From a virus, in the IMG/VR virus record IMGVR_UViG_3300044859_001080, positions 21,298 to 85,297 of that record: a stretch of 64,000 nucleotides of DNA. One strand, given 5' to 3'. A model generated the notes under the pieces. The model had not been told where the DNA came from. It saw only the letters and a program-made list of their open reading frames with translations, and searched no databases. This document shows positions 11,601-20,078 of this stretch, piece after piece (the first letter of the stretch is position 1; each line of letters opens with the position of its first letter). Made by a program: the position numbers and the translations under genes.

Positions 11601-12632
11601 CGATTTTTAGCAGGAGCAGGAACACAGAATGCAGCGCTTGCAGCAGGAGGTACTTATCCAATAACGTCTTGCACAGAAGAATACAATGGTACATCTTGGT
11701 CAGAAGGAGGTGCATTAGCAACAGCAAGATGTGGTTTAGCAGGAGCAGGATCACAGAATGCAGGACTTGCATTTGGAGGTAATGGTCCTTTATCTTGCAC
11801 AGAAGAATATAATGGTACATCTTGGTCAGCAGGTGGTGTATTAATAGTTGCAAGAAGATTATTAGCAGGAGCAGGAACACAAAACGCAGGACTTGCATTT
11901 GGAGGAACTCCATCAGGATCTTGCACAGAAGAATACAATGGCACATTATGGTCAGCAGGAGGTGCACTGATAACAGGAAGACAAAATTTGGCTGGAGCAG
12001 GAATACAGAATGCAGCGCTTGCAGCAGGAGGTGGTTATGGATCATTAACTTGCACCGAAGAATACTCAGCACCAATAGTTTTGATTGATAGTTCAGGTAC
12101 AGGAACACCAGGTGCAAGTGGAAGTTCAGGAACAAGTGGTGCAGCAGGAAGTAGTGGCACATCAGGTGCATCTGGAACAAGTGGTTCGTCTGGAACAAGT
12201 GGTTCTAATGCTGGAATAACATCATATACAAACCCAGTTGATAATAGGGTATTAACCTCAGTATCATCAACGTCAATAAATGCTGAAGCCAACTTAACTT
12301 TTGATGGTAGTGTTTTAACTGTTACAGGAACTATAACAGAAACATCAACAGAAAAAGTAAAAGAAAATATAGAAGAAATTAGTAATCCTTTAGAGATTGT
12401 GAAAAAATTAAGAGGAGTAGAATATAACAAAATAGGTAATTCTATAAAAGAAATTGGTTTAATTGCAGAGGAAGTAGATAAAGTGCTACCACAAGTGGTA
12501 ATAAAAGATTATGAAGGTAAACCAGCATCTGTCTCATATTCAAGAATAACAGCAATATTAATTGAAGCAATAAAAATACAGAATAAACAAATTGAAAATT
12601 TAACAAAAAGGATTGAAGTATTAGAAAAATAA
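8682..12632 (+). CDS. Long tail fibre: N-terminal anchor, about 620-aa GTSGSS tract, 6-blade Kelch-like propeller, C-terminal Peptidase_S74-like chaperone
   Basis: N-terminus has DRILVWQQ...QNNGIY. The (GTSGSS)n tract is followed by six WS.GGAL...GAGTQN.GL.FGG...CTEEY blades. C-terminus TSTEKVKENI...LRGVEY...IGLIAEEV..VLP...V.Y...LIEAIK is an intramolecular chaperone signature. Confidence 0.8.
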   Translation: MPTRLNIYGQAISTTKKRPCIVATTGHIVLSGATTPTSIDGINIDVNDRILVWQQNSPQNNGIYKLETSELLSRDYDFNISDDVYTGVEVLVLSGLTYSGKTFYLTTTDEITIGSSLLTFDILAGQNGTSGSSGTSGSSGTSGSSGTSGSSGTSGSSGTSGSSGTSGSSGTSGSSGTSGSSGTSGSSGTSGSSGTSGSSGTSGSSGTSGSSGTSGSSGTSGSSGTSGSSGTSGSSGTSGSSGTSGSSGTSGSSGTSGSSGTSGSSGTSGSSGTSGSSGTSGSSGTSGSSGTSGSSGTSGSSGTSGSSGTSGSSGTSGSSGTSGSSGTSGSSGTSGSSGTSGSSGTSGSSGTSGSSGTSGSSGTSGSSGTSGSSGTSGSSGTSGSSGTSGSSGTSGSSGTSGSSGTSGSSGTSGSSGTSGSSGTSGSSGTSGSSGTSGSSGTSGSSGTSGSSGTSGSSGTSGSSGTSGSSGTSGSSGTSGSSGTSGSSGTSGSSGTSGSSGTSGSSGTSGSSGTSGSSGTSGSSGTSGSSGTSGSSGTSGSSGTSGSSGTSGSSGTSGSSGTSGSSGTSGSSGTSGSSGTSGSSGTSGSSGTSGSSGTSGTDGTSGSSGTSGSSGTSGSSGTSGSSGTSGSSGTSGSSGTSGTDGTSGSSGTSGSSGTSGSSGTSGSSGTSGSSGTSGSSGTSGSSGTSGSSGTSGTDGTSGSSGTSGSSGTSGSSGTSGSSGTSGSSGTSGSSGTSGSSGTSGTAGTSGTSPSIVELSISGATNGSNRTFTISQEIDQEASLFFVNGQLQQYGDDYTIAGNQLTIDSENPAPTSTYILKLFGGGILFGINGTSGTSAFITSSASTPSPIDANSMCFWFDTVNLEPMVSYCGYSGAASWSAGGALITGNQQFAGAGTQNEGLVFGGTGPVSCTEEYNGTSWSTGGALATARCGLAGAGTQNVGLAFGGHSSYGSCTEEYNGTSWSAGGALATARRFLAGAGTQNAALAAGGTYPITSCTEEYNGTSWSEGGALATARCGLAGAGSQNAGLAFGGNGPLSCTEEYNGTSWSAGGVLIVARRLLAGAGTQNAGLAFGGTPSGSCTEEYNGTLWSAGGALITGRQNLAGAGIQNAALAAGGGYGSLTCTEEYSAPIVLIDSSGTGTPGASGSSGTSGAAGSSGTSGASGTSGSSGTSGSNAGITSYTNPVDNRVLTSVSSTSINAEANLTFDGSVLTVTGTITETSTEKVKENIEEISNPLEIVKKLRGVEYNKIGNSIKEIGLIAEEVDKVLPQVVIKDYEGKPASVSYSRITAILIEAIKIQNKQIENLTKRIEVLEK
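9063..10935 (+). repeat. About 100 tandem 18-bp units encoding GTSGSS
   Basis: GGAACAAGTGGAAGTTCA / GGAACAAGTGGCTCATCT synonymous variants, with three GTSGTD variants near the end. Confidence 0.95.
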
Positions 12633-12660
12633 TACTATATTTATATTAAATCAAAAAAAC

Positions 12661-12903
12661 ATGAAAAAGTATTATCAAGTAGAAAATTATGGACATGGGT
12701 TTATTACCCACCAAGAAAATGAAACTGCACATATTGCTGGTTATCCTGGCAACATTTGGGTTACAGAAAACACAACATGGGCACAAAGAGTGAGTGCTGT
12801 TGAAAAGACAAAAGAGCAGGCTCAAGTAATTGTTGATGCTGCTGTTGCATCTTCATATACACCACCTAATAGCACAACTCCACCACCAATAATTTTACCT
12901 TAA
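12661..12903 (+). CDS. Hypothetical protein (fibre-associated)
   Basis: ORF with TATTTAT motif and A-rich leader. Confidence 0.6.
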   Translation: MKKYYQVENYGHGFITHQENETAHIAGYPGNIWVTENTTWAQRVSAVEKTKEQAQVIVDAAVASSYTPPNSTTPPPIILP

Positions 12904-12914
12904 AAAAAAAGTAC

Positions 12915-13595
12915 ATGAATAAAGAATTGCAAATCACAGAAGATTTAAGAGAAATTATTAGTGTTTTAAATGATGAGGACGCACAAACCATTTTATCATT
13001 AAAAGATGAATTAATGGATAATTGGCAAAAAAAACAAATATTTAGAACTGAAACCGAAATGAGAGTTTCGGTTCTAAATGATGCCAAACATCCAACAAAT
13101 GCTTCAAAGTATTGGCAATCAGTTAGGGAAATGTCAGCACATTTTGATGCCTTAATGAATTTAAGTTTTGATTTAAGAAAAAACACAGTTGATAAATTAA
13201 GACTTGATAAGAAGGTTCAAGATTTGTTAGAGGATGAAGAACTTAATAGATTTGATATTATGGAAGCAAACATTGATTTGGACCGCAACATCTATGATAG
13301 AAATTGTATGTTGCAAGTTTCCAAGGATAGAGTTAGAGAGTTAAGTACGTGGAGTAAGATTAAATCTGAATTAGACAACGAAACTTTTGACACTAAAAAT
13401 GTTAATACTCATCAAGCAGAATCGCTTCACAGGTATTTTGAGAATAGGGTTAAATCATTAAATGATGCATCAGCTCCAGGAGAAATAATGAATGCTATGG
13501 GTCCATATTTATCATTCAATAGAATGAAGAATGAGGAAGGTACATTATTAAATTTTTTAGGAGAAGTTCCAGAAGACAAGAAGAAATTAAATTAA
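12915..13595 (+). CDS. Hypothetical helical/coiled-coil protein
   Basis: 226-aa ORF in operon. Confidence 0.6.
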   Translation: MNKELQITEDLREIISVLNDEDAQTILSLKDELMDNWQKKQIFRTETEMRVSVLNDAKHPTNASKYWQSVREMSAHFDALMNLSFDLRKNTVDKLRLDKKVQDLLEDEELNRFDIMEANIDLDRNIYDRNCMLQVSKDRVRELSTWSKIKSELDNETFDTKNVNTHQAESLHRYFENRVKSLNDASAPGEIMNAMGPYLSFNRMKNEEGTLLNFLGEVPEDKKKLN

Positions 13596-13598
13596 TTT

Positions 13599-14183
13599 AT
13601 GACTAATTTTATTTACACAAAAAACAATGCACTATCAGGAAATGTTTGCCTTAATTTAATAAAGGCTTTTGAAGAATCTGATTTAAAACAACCAGGTGTT
13701 CTTTATGGCCCAGAGGGTATTTCATCTGATAGTGATAAGAAATCAACCGACATCACATTTGATCCCTCTTTTATGAATAAAGAACCTTGGTCTTTATTAT
13801 TGGAGGATGTTATTGTTTCAGTTAAAACTGGTGTGTTAGATTATTTAAATAGGCATTCAACTGCAATGTCAAAAATGGATCCTATTGATTTATATACATA
13901 TTTTAATATGCAAAAATATGAACCAAATGAAGGGTTTTTTGGTTGGCATTGTGAGAGAGCTGGTATAAAGCATTCTGACAGATTATTGGTTTGGATGGTT
14001 TATTTAAATACTTTGACAGATAGAGGTGAAACTGAATTTTTTTATCAGCAACACTTTGAAAGACCAGAGAGAGGGAAACTTGTCATTTGGCCATCAGATT
14101 GGTCTCATTTGCATAGAGGTGTTCCATCACCTACTGAAACTAAATACATCCTAACTGGGTGGTTCACACATATAAAGAATTAA
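13599..14183 (+). CDS. 2OG-Fe(II) oxygenase (prolyl-hydroxylase-like)
   Basis: WHCE...VWMVYLN...GETEF...W.HLHRG...KYILTGW. Confidence 0.85.
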   Translation: MTNFIYTKNNALSGNVCLNLIKAFEESDLKQPGVLYGPEGISSDSDKKSTDITFDPSFMNKEPWSLLLEDVIVSVKTGVLDYLNRHSTAMSKMDPIDLYTYFNMQKYEPNEGFFGWHCERAGIKHSDRLLVWMVYLNTLTDRGETEFFYQQHFERPERGKLVIWPSDWSHLHRGVPSPTETKYILTGWFTHIKN

Positions 14184-14186
14184 TTT

Positions 14187-14789
14187 ATGGATTTTTCTAT
14201 ACATGAGGAGACATGGTTTTCCACACCTATATGGGAGGCAGAAGTTAAGAACATTGATAATAATGAAATAAAGGATTATTGTTTGTGGTTAAGGGATAAC
14301 ACAAAAGGTGCATTCATCTCAAATAGAGGTGGTTGGCATAGTAGTGAGATTGTTTTACCATTACCAAATGAATTAATGTCATTATTTAATAATCTTGAAT
14401 TATTTGCTAATGAACAATGCTACAAACATCTAGGTGTGGGAAACTTAAAATTGGGTAATTTTTGGGTTAACATAAACACCAATGGGTCATACAATCTTTT
14501 GCATGACCATCAAAATAGTATATTATCTGGTGTATATTATGTTTCTGTTCCATATGATAATATGGGAGACTTGGTATTACATAGAGGTGATACAGCAGAA
14601 TATTTTTTGAAGTCAGATGTTGAGAGGGTTAGCACAAAGACAAATTCTTTTGTTGCAGTAAAGAAGCCCATTGAATCTTTATTTTACATTTTTCCTAGTT
14701 GGGTTAGACATCATGTTGAATCAAACTATTCAGATGGTGAGAGAATATCAATTGCATTTAATTTTATACAAGACAAGAAGAAAATATGA
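14187..14789 (+). CDS. 2OG-Fe(II) oxygenase (TIGR02466-like)
   Basis: SNRGGWHS, WVNIN, HDH, LSGVYYV, FPSWVRHHV, RISIAFN. Confidence 0.85.
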   Translation: MDFSIHEETWFSTPIWEAEVKNIDNNEIKDYCLWLRDNTKGAFISNRGGWHSSEIVLPLPNELMSLFNNLELFANEQCYKHLGVGNLKLGNFWVNINTNGSYNLLHDHQNSILSGVYYVSVPYDNMGDLVLHRGDTAEYFLKSDVERVSTKTNSFVAVKKPIESLFYIFPSWVRHHVESNYSDGERISIAFNFIQDKKKI

Positions 14790-15424
14790 AAGCACAAGTA
14801 TTTGCAATATTCCCAACACCTTTATATGTGGCAAATTATGAGGGTGATTTAAAAGAGGTTATTGAATATTTTGATAGGAATGAAATGCAAGACACCAAAG
14901 CAGGGTATGGTATGATTTCAAACAATAGTTATATATTGGATAATCCAATATGTGATGAGGTGAATAAGTTTTTTATGGAATCCTTTAAAGATTTTGCAAC
15001 AAATGTAATGAGATATAGATATGAGGATTTGCAATTTGCACAATCCTGGTTGACATATAAAGCACCAAAACAATTCCATAAAGCACATACCCATCCAAAC
15101 ACCTTATTGGCTGGTGTTTTTTATTATGATGCACAAGAGGATGATGCTGCCATTTGTTTTTCAAAAGATGTTAAATCATTTAATAGATCATACTTTGAGC
15201 CATCATTACTAGATGATTATCAAAATCATTCATTCTCACAAGAGGAGATATATTATAAACCAAAGAAAAATGATTTTTTAATATTCCCCTCTTGGTTAAC
15301 ACATGGTGTTCCACCAAACAATACAAATAGGGTGAGAAAAGCATTAGGTGTCAATGCTTTAACAAAAGGCACATTAGGTGATAAAGAAACCATTTCAGAA
15401 ATTATATTTGGAAGATACAAATGA
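14786..15424 (+). CDS. 2OG-Fe(II) oxygenase (TIGR02466-like)
   Basis: IFPTP, HTHPN, GVFY, FPSWLTHGV, R..L..N. Confidence 0.85.
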   Translation: MKAQVFAIFPTPLYVANYEGDLKEVIEYFDRNEMQDTKAGYGMISNNSYILDNPICDEVNKFFMESFKDFATNVMRYRYEDLQFAQSWLTYKAPKQFHKAHTHPNTLLAGVFYYDAQEDDAAICFSKDVKSFNRSYFEPSLLDDYQNHSFSQEEIYYKPKKNDFLIFPSWLTHGVPPNNTNRVRKALGVNALTKGTLGDKETISEIIFGRYK

Positions 15425-16239
15425 AACAAAAGATATTTTTTAATTCAACGTTACCAAGGAGTGGTAGCACTTTATTACAAAACATAATGGGACAAAATCC
15501 TGAATTTCATGTAACACCAACATCAGGTCTAATTGATTTGATGTTAGGAGCAAGAATAGGATACAATCAAAACCATGAATCAAAGGCTGGTGATACAGAA
15601 ATGTGGAAAGAGGGTTTCTATAATTTCTGTAAAGAAGGTATAAAAGCATATGTTTCATCACAAACATCAAAACCATATTATTTGGATAAGAATAGGGTAT
15701 GGGCGTTTTATTATAACCTATTATCAAATGTGGTAGAAAATCCAAAAGTAATATATATGGTTAGGGATTTACCATCCATATTTGCATCAATGGAGAAGAA
15801 GTTTAGAATGAATCCTGATAAAGATGATGGCACAATGGATAATATCAAAATGAAAGGGACAACAACACATAAGAGAGTTGAACTATGGGCGCAAACAGTT
15901 CCTGTAGGTTATTCATTGGAAAAATTACAACAAACATTATTGGATGGTACAGCAAAGAACTTTCTATTCATTAAATATGAAGACCTATGCAGTAATCCAG
16001 AAATGGTGATGAGAAACATTTATAAATATTTAGAAGTAGATGATTTCAAACATAATTTTCAACATATAAGTCAAGTCACAGTAGAAAATGATGCAATACA
16101 TGGGATATATGGTGATCATATTATAAGGAATAGTTTGAATATGTTACCAAATGATTCAAAAAATGTGCTAGGTCAATATACAGTTGATTCCATAAAGACA
16201 TCCTATAAGTGGTACAATGATTTCTTTGGGTATAAATAA
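15421..16239 (+). CDS. PAPS-dependent sulfotransferase
   Basis: LPRSGSTLL 5'-PSB motif, DK, IYMVRD..S 3'-PB motif, IKYEDL..P. Confidence 0.85.
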   Translation: MKQKIFFNSTLPRSGSTLLQNIMGQNPEFHVTPTSGLIDLMLGARIGYNQNHESKAGDTEMWKEGFYNFCKEGIKAYVSSQTSKPYYLDKNRVWAFYYNLLSNVVENPKVIYMVRDLPSIFASMEKKFRMNPDKDDGTMDNIKMKGTTTHKRVELWAQTVPVGYSLEKLQQTLLDGTAKNFLFIKYEDLCSNPEMVMRNIYKYLEVDDFKHNFQHISQVTVENDAIHGIYGDHIIRNSLNMLPNDSKNVLGQYTVDSIKTSYKWYNDFFGYK

Positions 16240-16273
16240 AGTTAGGAGATGATATTTATAATAAAAAAAGAAT

Positions 16274-17224
16274 ATGGCAAAATTACAAAGTACAGAAATA
16301 ATAGGAGTTGCAAATAGACCTGCAACAATATGTTCAAATACGATGTGCATTTGGTTTGATACAGTTAATTTAAAACCAGTCATTTCATATTGTGGATATA
16401 GTCCTCCTTGGTCAGTAGGTGGCGCAATGATAACAGCAAGATGTGGTTTAGCAGGAGCAGGAACGCAAGATGCAGGTCTTGTGTTTGGAGGCTTTGCTAG
16501 TTTTTCTCCAAAATCTTGTACAGAAGAATACGATGGTGCATCTTGGTCAGCAGGTGGTGCATTATCAATAGCAAGACTTGGTTTAGCAGGAGCAGGAACA
16601 CAGAATGAAGGACTTGCTTTTGGGGGAGGCGCTAGTTATTCTCCAATATCTTGTACAGAAGAATATAATGGCACATCGTGGTCATCAGGCGGTGCATTGA
16701 TAGAAGCAAGGAGTTCTTTAGCAGGAGTAGGAACACAAAATGCAGGACTTGCATTAGGAGGTTATGCTAGTTATTCTCCATCATCTTGCACAGAAGAATA
16801 TGATGGTACAACTTGGGCAACAGGAGGTGCATTGATAGAAGCAAGGAGTTCTTTAGCAGGAGCAGGAACACAGAATGCAGGACTTGCTTTTGGAGGAACT
16901 CCATCAGGATCTTGCACAGAAGAATACAATGGTACATCTTGGTCAGCAGGAGGTGCGTTGATAACAGCAAAATGTGGCTTAGCAGGAGCAGGAACACAGA
17001 ATGCAGGACTTGCTTTTGGTGGTAACTCTTTTGCTGTGCCTGATACACAAGAATATAACGGCAGTTCTTGGGTGGCAGGCGGCAAATTATTATCAGTGAG
17101 ATGTTCTTTAGCAGGAGCAGGGACGCAAAGTGCAGGACTTGCTATGGGTGGGTATAATGGTTCATGTGTTTCTTGTACAGAAGAATACATTAAAACAATC
17201 GCAATAATAGATTCAATACGATAA
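16274..17224 (+). CDS. Kelch-like beta-propeller protein, paralogue 1
   Basis: Six approximately 44-aa WS.GGAL..AR..LAGAGTQ..GLAFGG...CTEEY blades. Confidence 0.8.
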   Translation: MAKLQSTEIIGVANRPATICSNTMCIWFDTVNLKPVISYCGYSPPWSVGGAMITARCGLAGAGTQDAGLVFGGFASFSPKSCTEEYDGASWSAGGALSIARLGLAGAGTQNEGLAFGGGASYSPISCTEEYNGTSWSSGGALIEARSSLAGVGTQNAGLALGGYASYSPSSCTEEYDGTTWATGGALIEARSSLAGAGTQNAGLAFGGTPSGSCTEEYNGTSWSAGGALITAKCGLAGAGTQNAGLAFGGNSFAVPDTQEYNGSSWVAGGKLLSVRCSLAGAGTQSAGLAMGGYNGSCVSCTEEYIKTIAIIDSIR

Positions 17225-17225
17225 T

Positions 17226-18173
17226 ATGGCAAAATTACAAAGTACAGAAATAATAGGAGTTGCAAATAGACCAGCAGTAATATGCGCTGATACTGTATGT
17301 TTATGGTTTAATACAACAATTAAACAGTTAGTTTTCTCATATTCCGGTTTTTCAGGATCCTGGTCGGCAGGGAATGCATTGATAACAGCAAGAGGTTATT
17401 TAGCAGGAGCAGGGACGCAGAATGCAGGACTTGCTATAGGCGGGTATAATGGTAGTATTCTTTCTTGCACGGAAGAATACGATGGTACATCATGGTCAGC
17501 AGGCGGAGCATTATCAATAGCAAGATATCGGTTAGGAGGAGCAGGGACACAGAGTGTAGGACTTGTGTTTGGAGGCCGTAATCCGGGCGCTCTTTCTTGT
17601 ACAGAAGAATACGATGGGACATCTTGGTTAGCAGGCGGAGCATTGATAATAGCGAGGTTTGGACCAGCAAGTGCAGGTACACAGGACGCAGGACTTGCAT
17701 TTGGAGGTTTTGTAAATAATAGTAGTACCTGCACTGAAGAGTACAATGGTACATCTTGGTCAACAGGTGGCGCATTGATTAGTTCAAGACATAATTTAGC
17801 AGGAGCAGGAACACAGAATGCAGGACTTGCTTTTGGGGGAACATTTCCAAATGGTGATTGCACTGAAGAATACAACGGCACAACTTGGTTAACAGGTGGT
17901 GCATTGATAATAGGAAGAGAAGGTACAGGGACAGGAACACAGAATGAAGGACTTTTTATAGGAGGCATAGTAACAAATACTGGTGTTTCTTGTACAGAAG
18001 AATATGATGGCGCATCTTGGTCAGTAGGTGGGGCAATGATAGTAGCAAGGCACACACTAGCAGGTGCAGGAACACAAAGCGCAGGACTTGCTATAGGTGG
18101 GTATATGAATAATGGAGTTTCTTGTACAGAAGAGTACACTAAAACAATAACAATAGTAGATTCAATACGATAA
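17226..18173 (+). CDS. Kelch-like beta-propeller protein, paralogue 2
   Basis: Same architecture, with identical MAKLQSTEIIGVANRPA N-terminus. Confidence 0.8.
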   Translation: MAKLQSTEIIGVANRPAVICADTVCLWFNTTIKQLVFSYSGFSGSWSAGNALITARGYLAGAGTQNAGLAIGGYNGSILSCTEEYDGTSWSAGGALSIARYRLGGAGTQSVGLVFGGRNPGALSCTEEYDGTSWLAGGALIIARFGPASAGTQDAGLAFGGFVNNSSTCTEEYNGTSWSTGGALISSRHNLAGAGTQNAGLAFGGTFPNGDCTEEYNGTTWLTGGALIIGREGTGTGTQNEGLFIGGIVTNTGVSCTEEYDGASWSVGGAMIVARHTLAGAGTQSAGLAIGGYMNNGVSCTEEYTKTITIVDSIR

Positions 18174-18174
18174 T

Positions 18175-19119
18175 ATGGCAAAATTACAAAGTACAGAAAT
18201 AATAGGAGTTGCAAATAGACCAGCAGTAATATGCACTGATACTGTATGTTTATGGTTTGATACAACAAATTTGAAATCAATGGCATCATATTGCACTTTT
18301 TTAGGATCCTGGTCTGCAGGAGGTGCATTGATAACAGCAAGACTTGGTTTAGCAGGAGCAGGAACACAGAATGAAGGACTTGCTTTTGGAGGATATTGTA
18401 ATGAAGGTTTATCATGTACAGAAGAATATAATGGCACAAGTTGGTCAGCAGGGGGTGCATTAATAACAGCAAGACATTTTTTAGCAGGAGCAGGAACAGA
18501 AAACGCAGGACTTGCTTTTGGTGGTAGTTATTCAGGTTCATGTACCGAAGAATATAATGGTACGGCTTGGTCAGCAGGGGGTGCATTGATAGAAGCAAGG
18601 AGTTCTTTAGCAGGAGTAGGAACACAGAATGCAGGACTTGCTATGGGGGGCGGTGGTTATTCTCCAATATCTTGTACAGAAGAATATGATGGTATATCGT
18701 GGTCATCAGGCGGTGCATTGATAGAAGCAAGGAGTTCTTTAGCAGGAGTAGGAACACAAAATGCAGGACTTGCATTAGGAGGTGGTGGTTATGGACCAAC
18801 ATCTTATACAGAAGAATACAATGGCACAACTTGGACAACAGGAGGTGCATTGATAGAAGGAAGGGGTTCTTTAGCAGGAGCAGGCTCACAGAATGCAGGA
18901 CTTGCTTTTGGTGGTGCTGCTAGTTATTCTCCAAAATCTTGTACAGAAGAATATAATGGCACATCTTGGTCATCACGCGGAGCATTATTAATAGCAAGGT
19001 GTTCTTTAGCAGGAGCAGGAACACAAAGCGTAGGGCTTGCTTTTGGAGGAACTCCATCAGGATCTTGTACAGAAGAATATGATGGAGATATTTTAATAAT
19101 AAGAGACATTATTTTATAA
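18175..19119 (+). CDS. Kelch-like beta-propeller protein, paralogue 3
   Basis: Same architecture and N-terminus. Confidence 0.8.
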   Translation: MAKLQSTEIIGVANRPAVICTDTVCLWFDTTNLKSMASYCTFLGSWSAGGALITARLGLAGAGTQNEGLAFGGYCNEGLSCTEEYNGTSWSAGGALITARHFLAGAGTENAGLAFGGSYSGSCTEEYNGTAWSAGGALIEARSSLAGVGTQNAGLAMGGGGYSPISCTEEYDGISWSSGGALIEARSSLAGVGTQNAGLALGGGGYGPTSYTEEYNGTTWTTGGALIEGRGSLAGAGSQNAGLAFGGAASYSPKSCTEEYNGTSWSSRGALLIARCSLAGAGTQSVGLAFGGTPSGSCTEEYDGDILIIRDIIL

Positions 19120-19190
19120 ATGTTTTAAAAATCATCATACACAATAGTAGATTGCGTCTTATAATTATAAAACCTATAAATAAAAAATTA

Positions 19191-20078
19191 ATGGATTTAA
19201 CAACAGAAAAAATTTTAGTATGGCACATTCAAGGTGGATTAGGAAAGAATGTTGCAGCTACATCATTACCAAAGACAATAAAAGAAATTTATCCAGATAG
19301 ACAACTTATAATGGTTGTATCATATCCTGAAGTTTTTCTAAATAATCCTTATGTTGATAGGGTGTATCCATTAGGTAATTGCCCCTACTTTTACCAGGAT
19401 TTTGTAGAGAACAAGGATACTCTTGTTTTTAGACATGAGCCGTATCATCAAACGGGTCATATACATAAGGAGAAGCATCTGGTAAGTAACTGGTGTGATT
19501 TGCTTAATATAGAGTATAGCAATCAGATACCCCAACTTTTCCCAAATTACGCAGAGAAGGTTAATGCAAAGAAATGGTTTAGGGATAAACCAGTGGTGGT
19601 ATTACAAACATCTGGTGGTGATTTAGAATCAAAGAATATATATTCTTGGTGTAGGGATATGCCACAAGATATTGCACAATTGATTGTTGACAAGTACAAG
19701 GACAGCCACCATATATTCCATATAACAAGGAAAGGTGGTTATGTTTTGAATGATACAGAGAGGCTTGATGTTAAGTTATCTAATATGGAGTTGTTTAGTA
19801 TATTGACAGTTTCGTCCAAGAGATTTTTAATAGATTCTTCTTTGCAACATGCGGCAGTTGCTATTAATTTGCGGTCAACTGTGTTTTGGATTGGAACATC
19901 ACCCAAGGTTTTTGGGTATGACTTGCACAATAATATTGTTGCAAATCAGCCCAAAAACAAGAACCAATTAATTGGTTCATACTTGTTTGACTATCAGTTT
20001 GATTTTAATGTACATGAGTGTCCGTATAGCACATTGGATGAAATGTTTGATATGGATTTTGTTATATCAAATATTTAA
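19191..20078 (+). CDS. GT9-like (heptosyltransferase-fold) glycosyltransferase
   Basis: GGLGKNVAATS and IDSSLQHAAVA resemble the GT9 GD and DSG..H.A.A motifs. ATG 19191 preferred over TTG 19152. Confidence 0.7.
   Translation: MDLTTEKILVWHIQGGLGKNVAATSLPKTIKEIYPDRQLIMVVSYPEVFLNNPYVDRVYPLGNCPYFYQDFVENKDTLVFRHEPYHQTGHIHKEKHLVSNWCDLLNIEYSNQIPQLFPNYAEKVNAKKWFRDKPVVVLQTSGGDLESKNIYSWCRDMPQDIAQLIVDKYKDSHHIFHITRKGGYVLNDTERLDVKLSNMELFSILTVSSKRFLIDSSLQHAAVAINLRSTVFWIGTSPKVFGYDLHNNIVANQPKNKNQLIGSYLFDYQFDFNVHECPYSTLDEMFDMDFVISNI

Noticed and set aside
11197-19109. Antisense and alternative-frame ORFs over the propeller genes (e.g. 11197-, 17396-)
   Set aside because: Repeat-derived shadows with no independent coding signal.
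11240-19119. Diversity-generating retroelement acting on propellers or the LRR array
   Set aside because: No reverse transcriptase or non-coding template repeat in the window, and differences are not visibly adenine-restricted.
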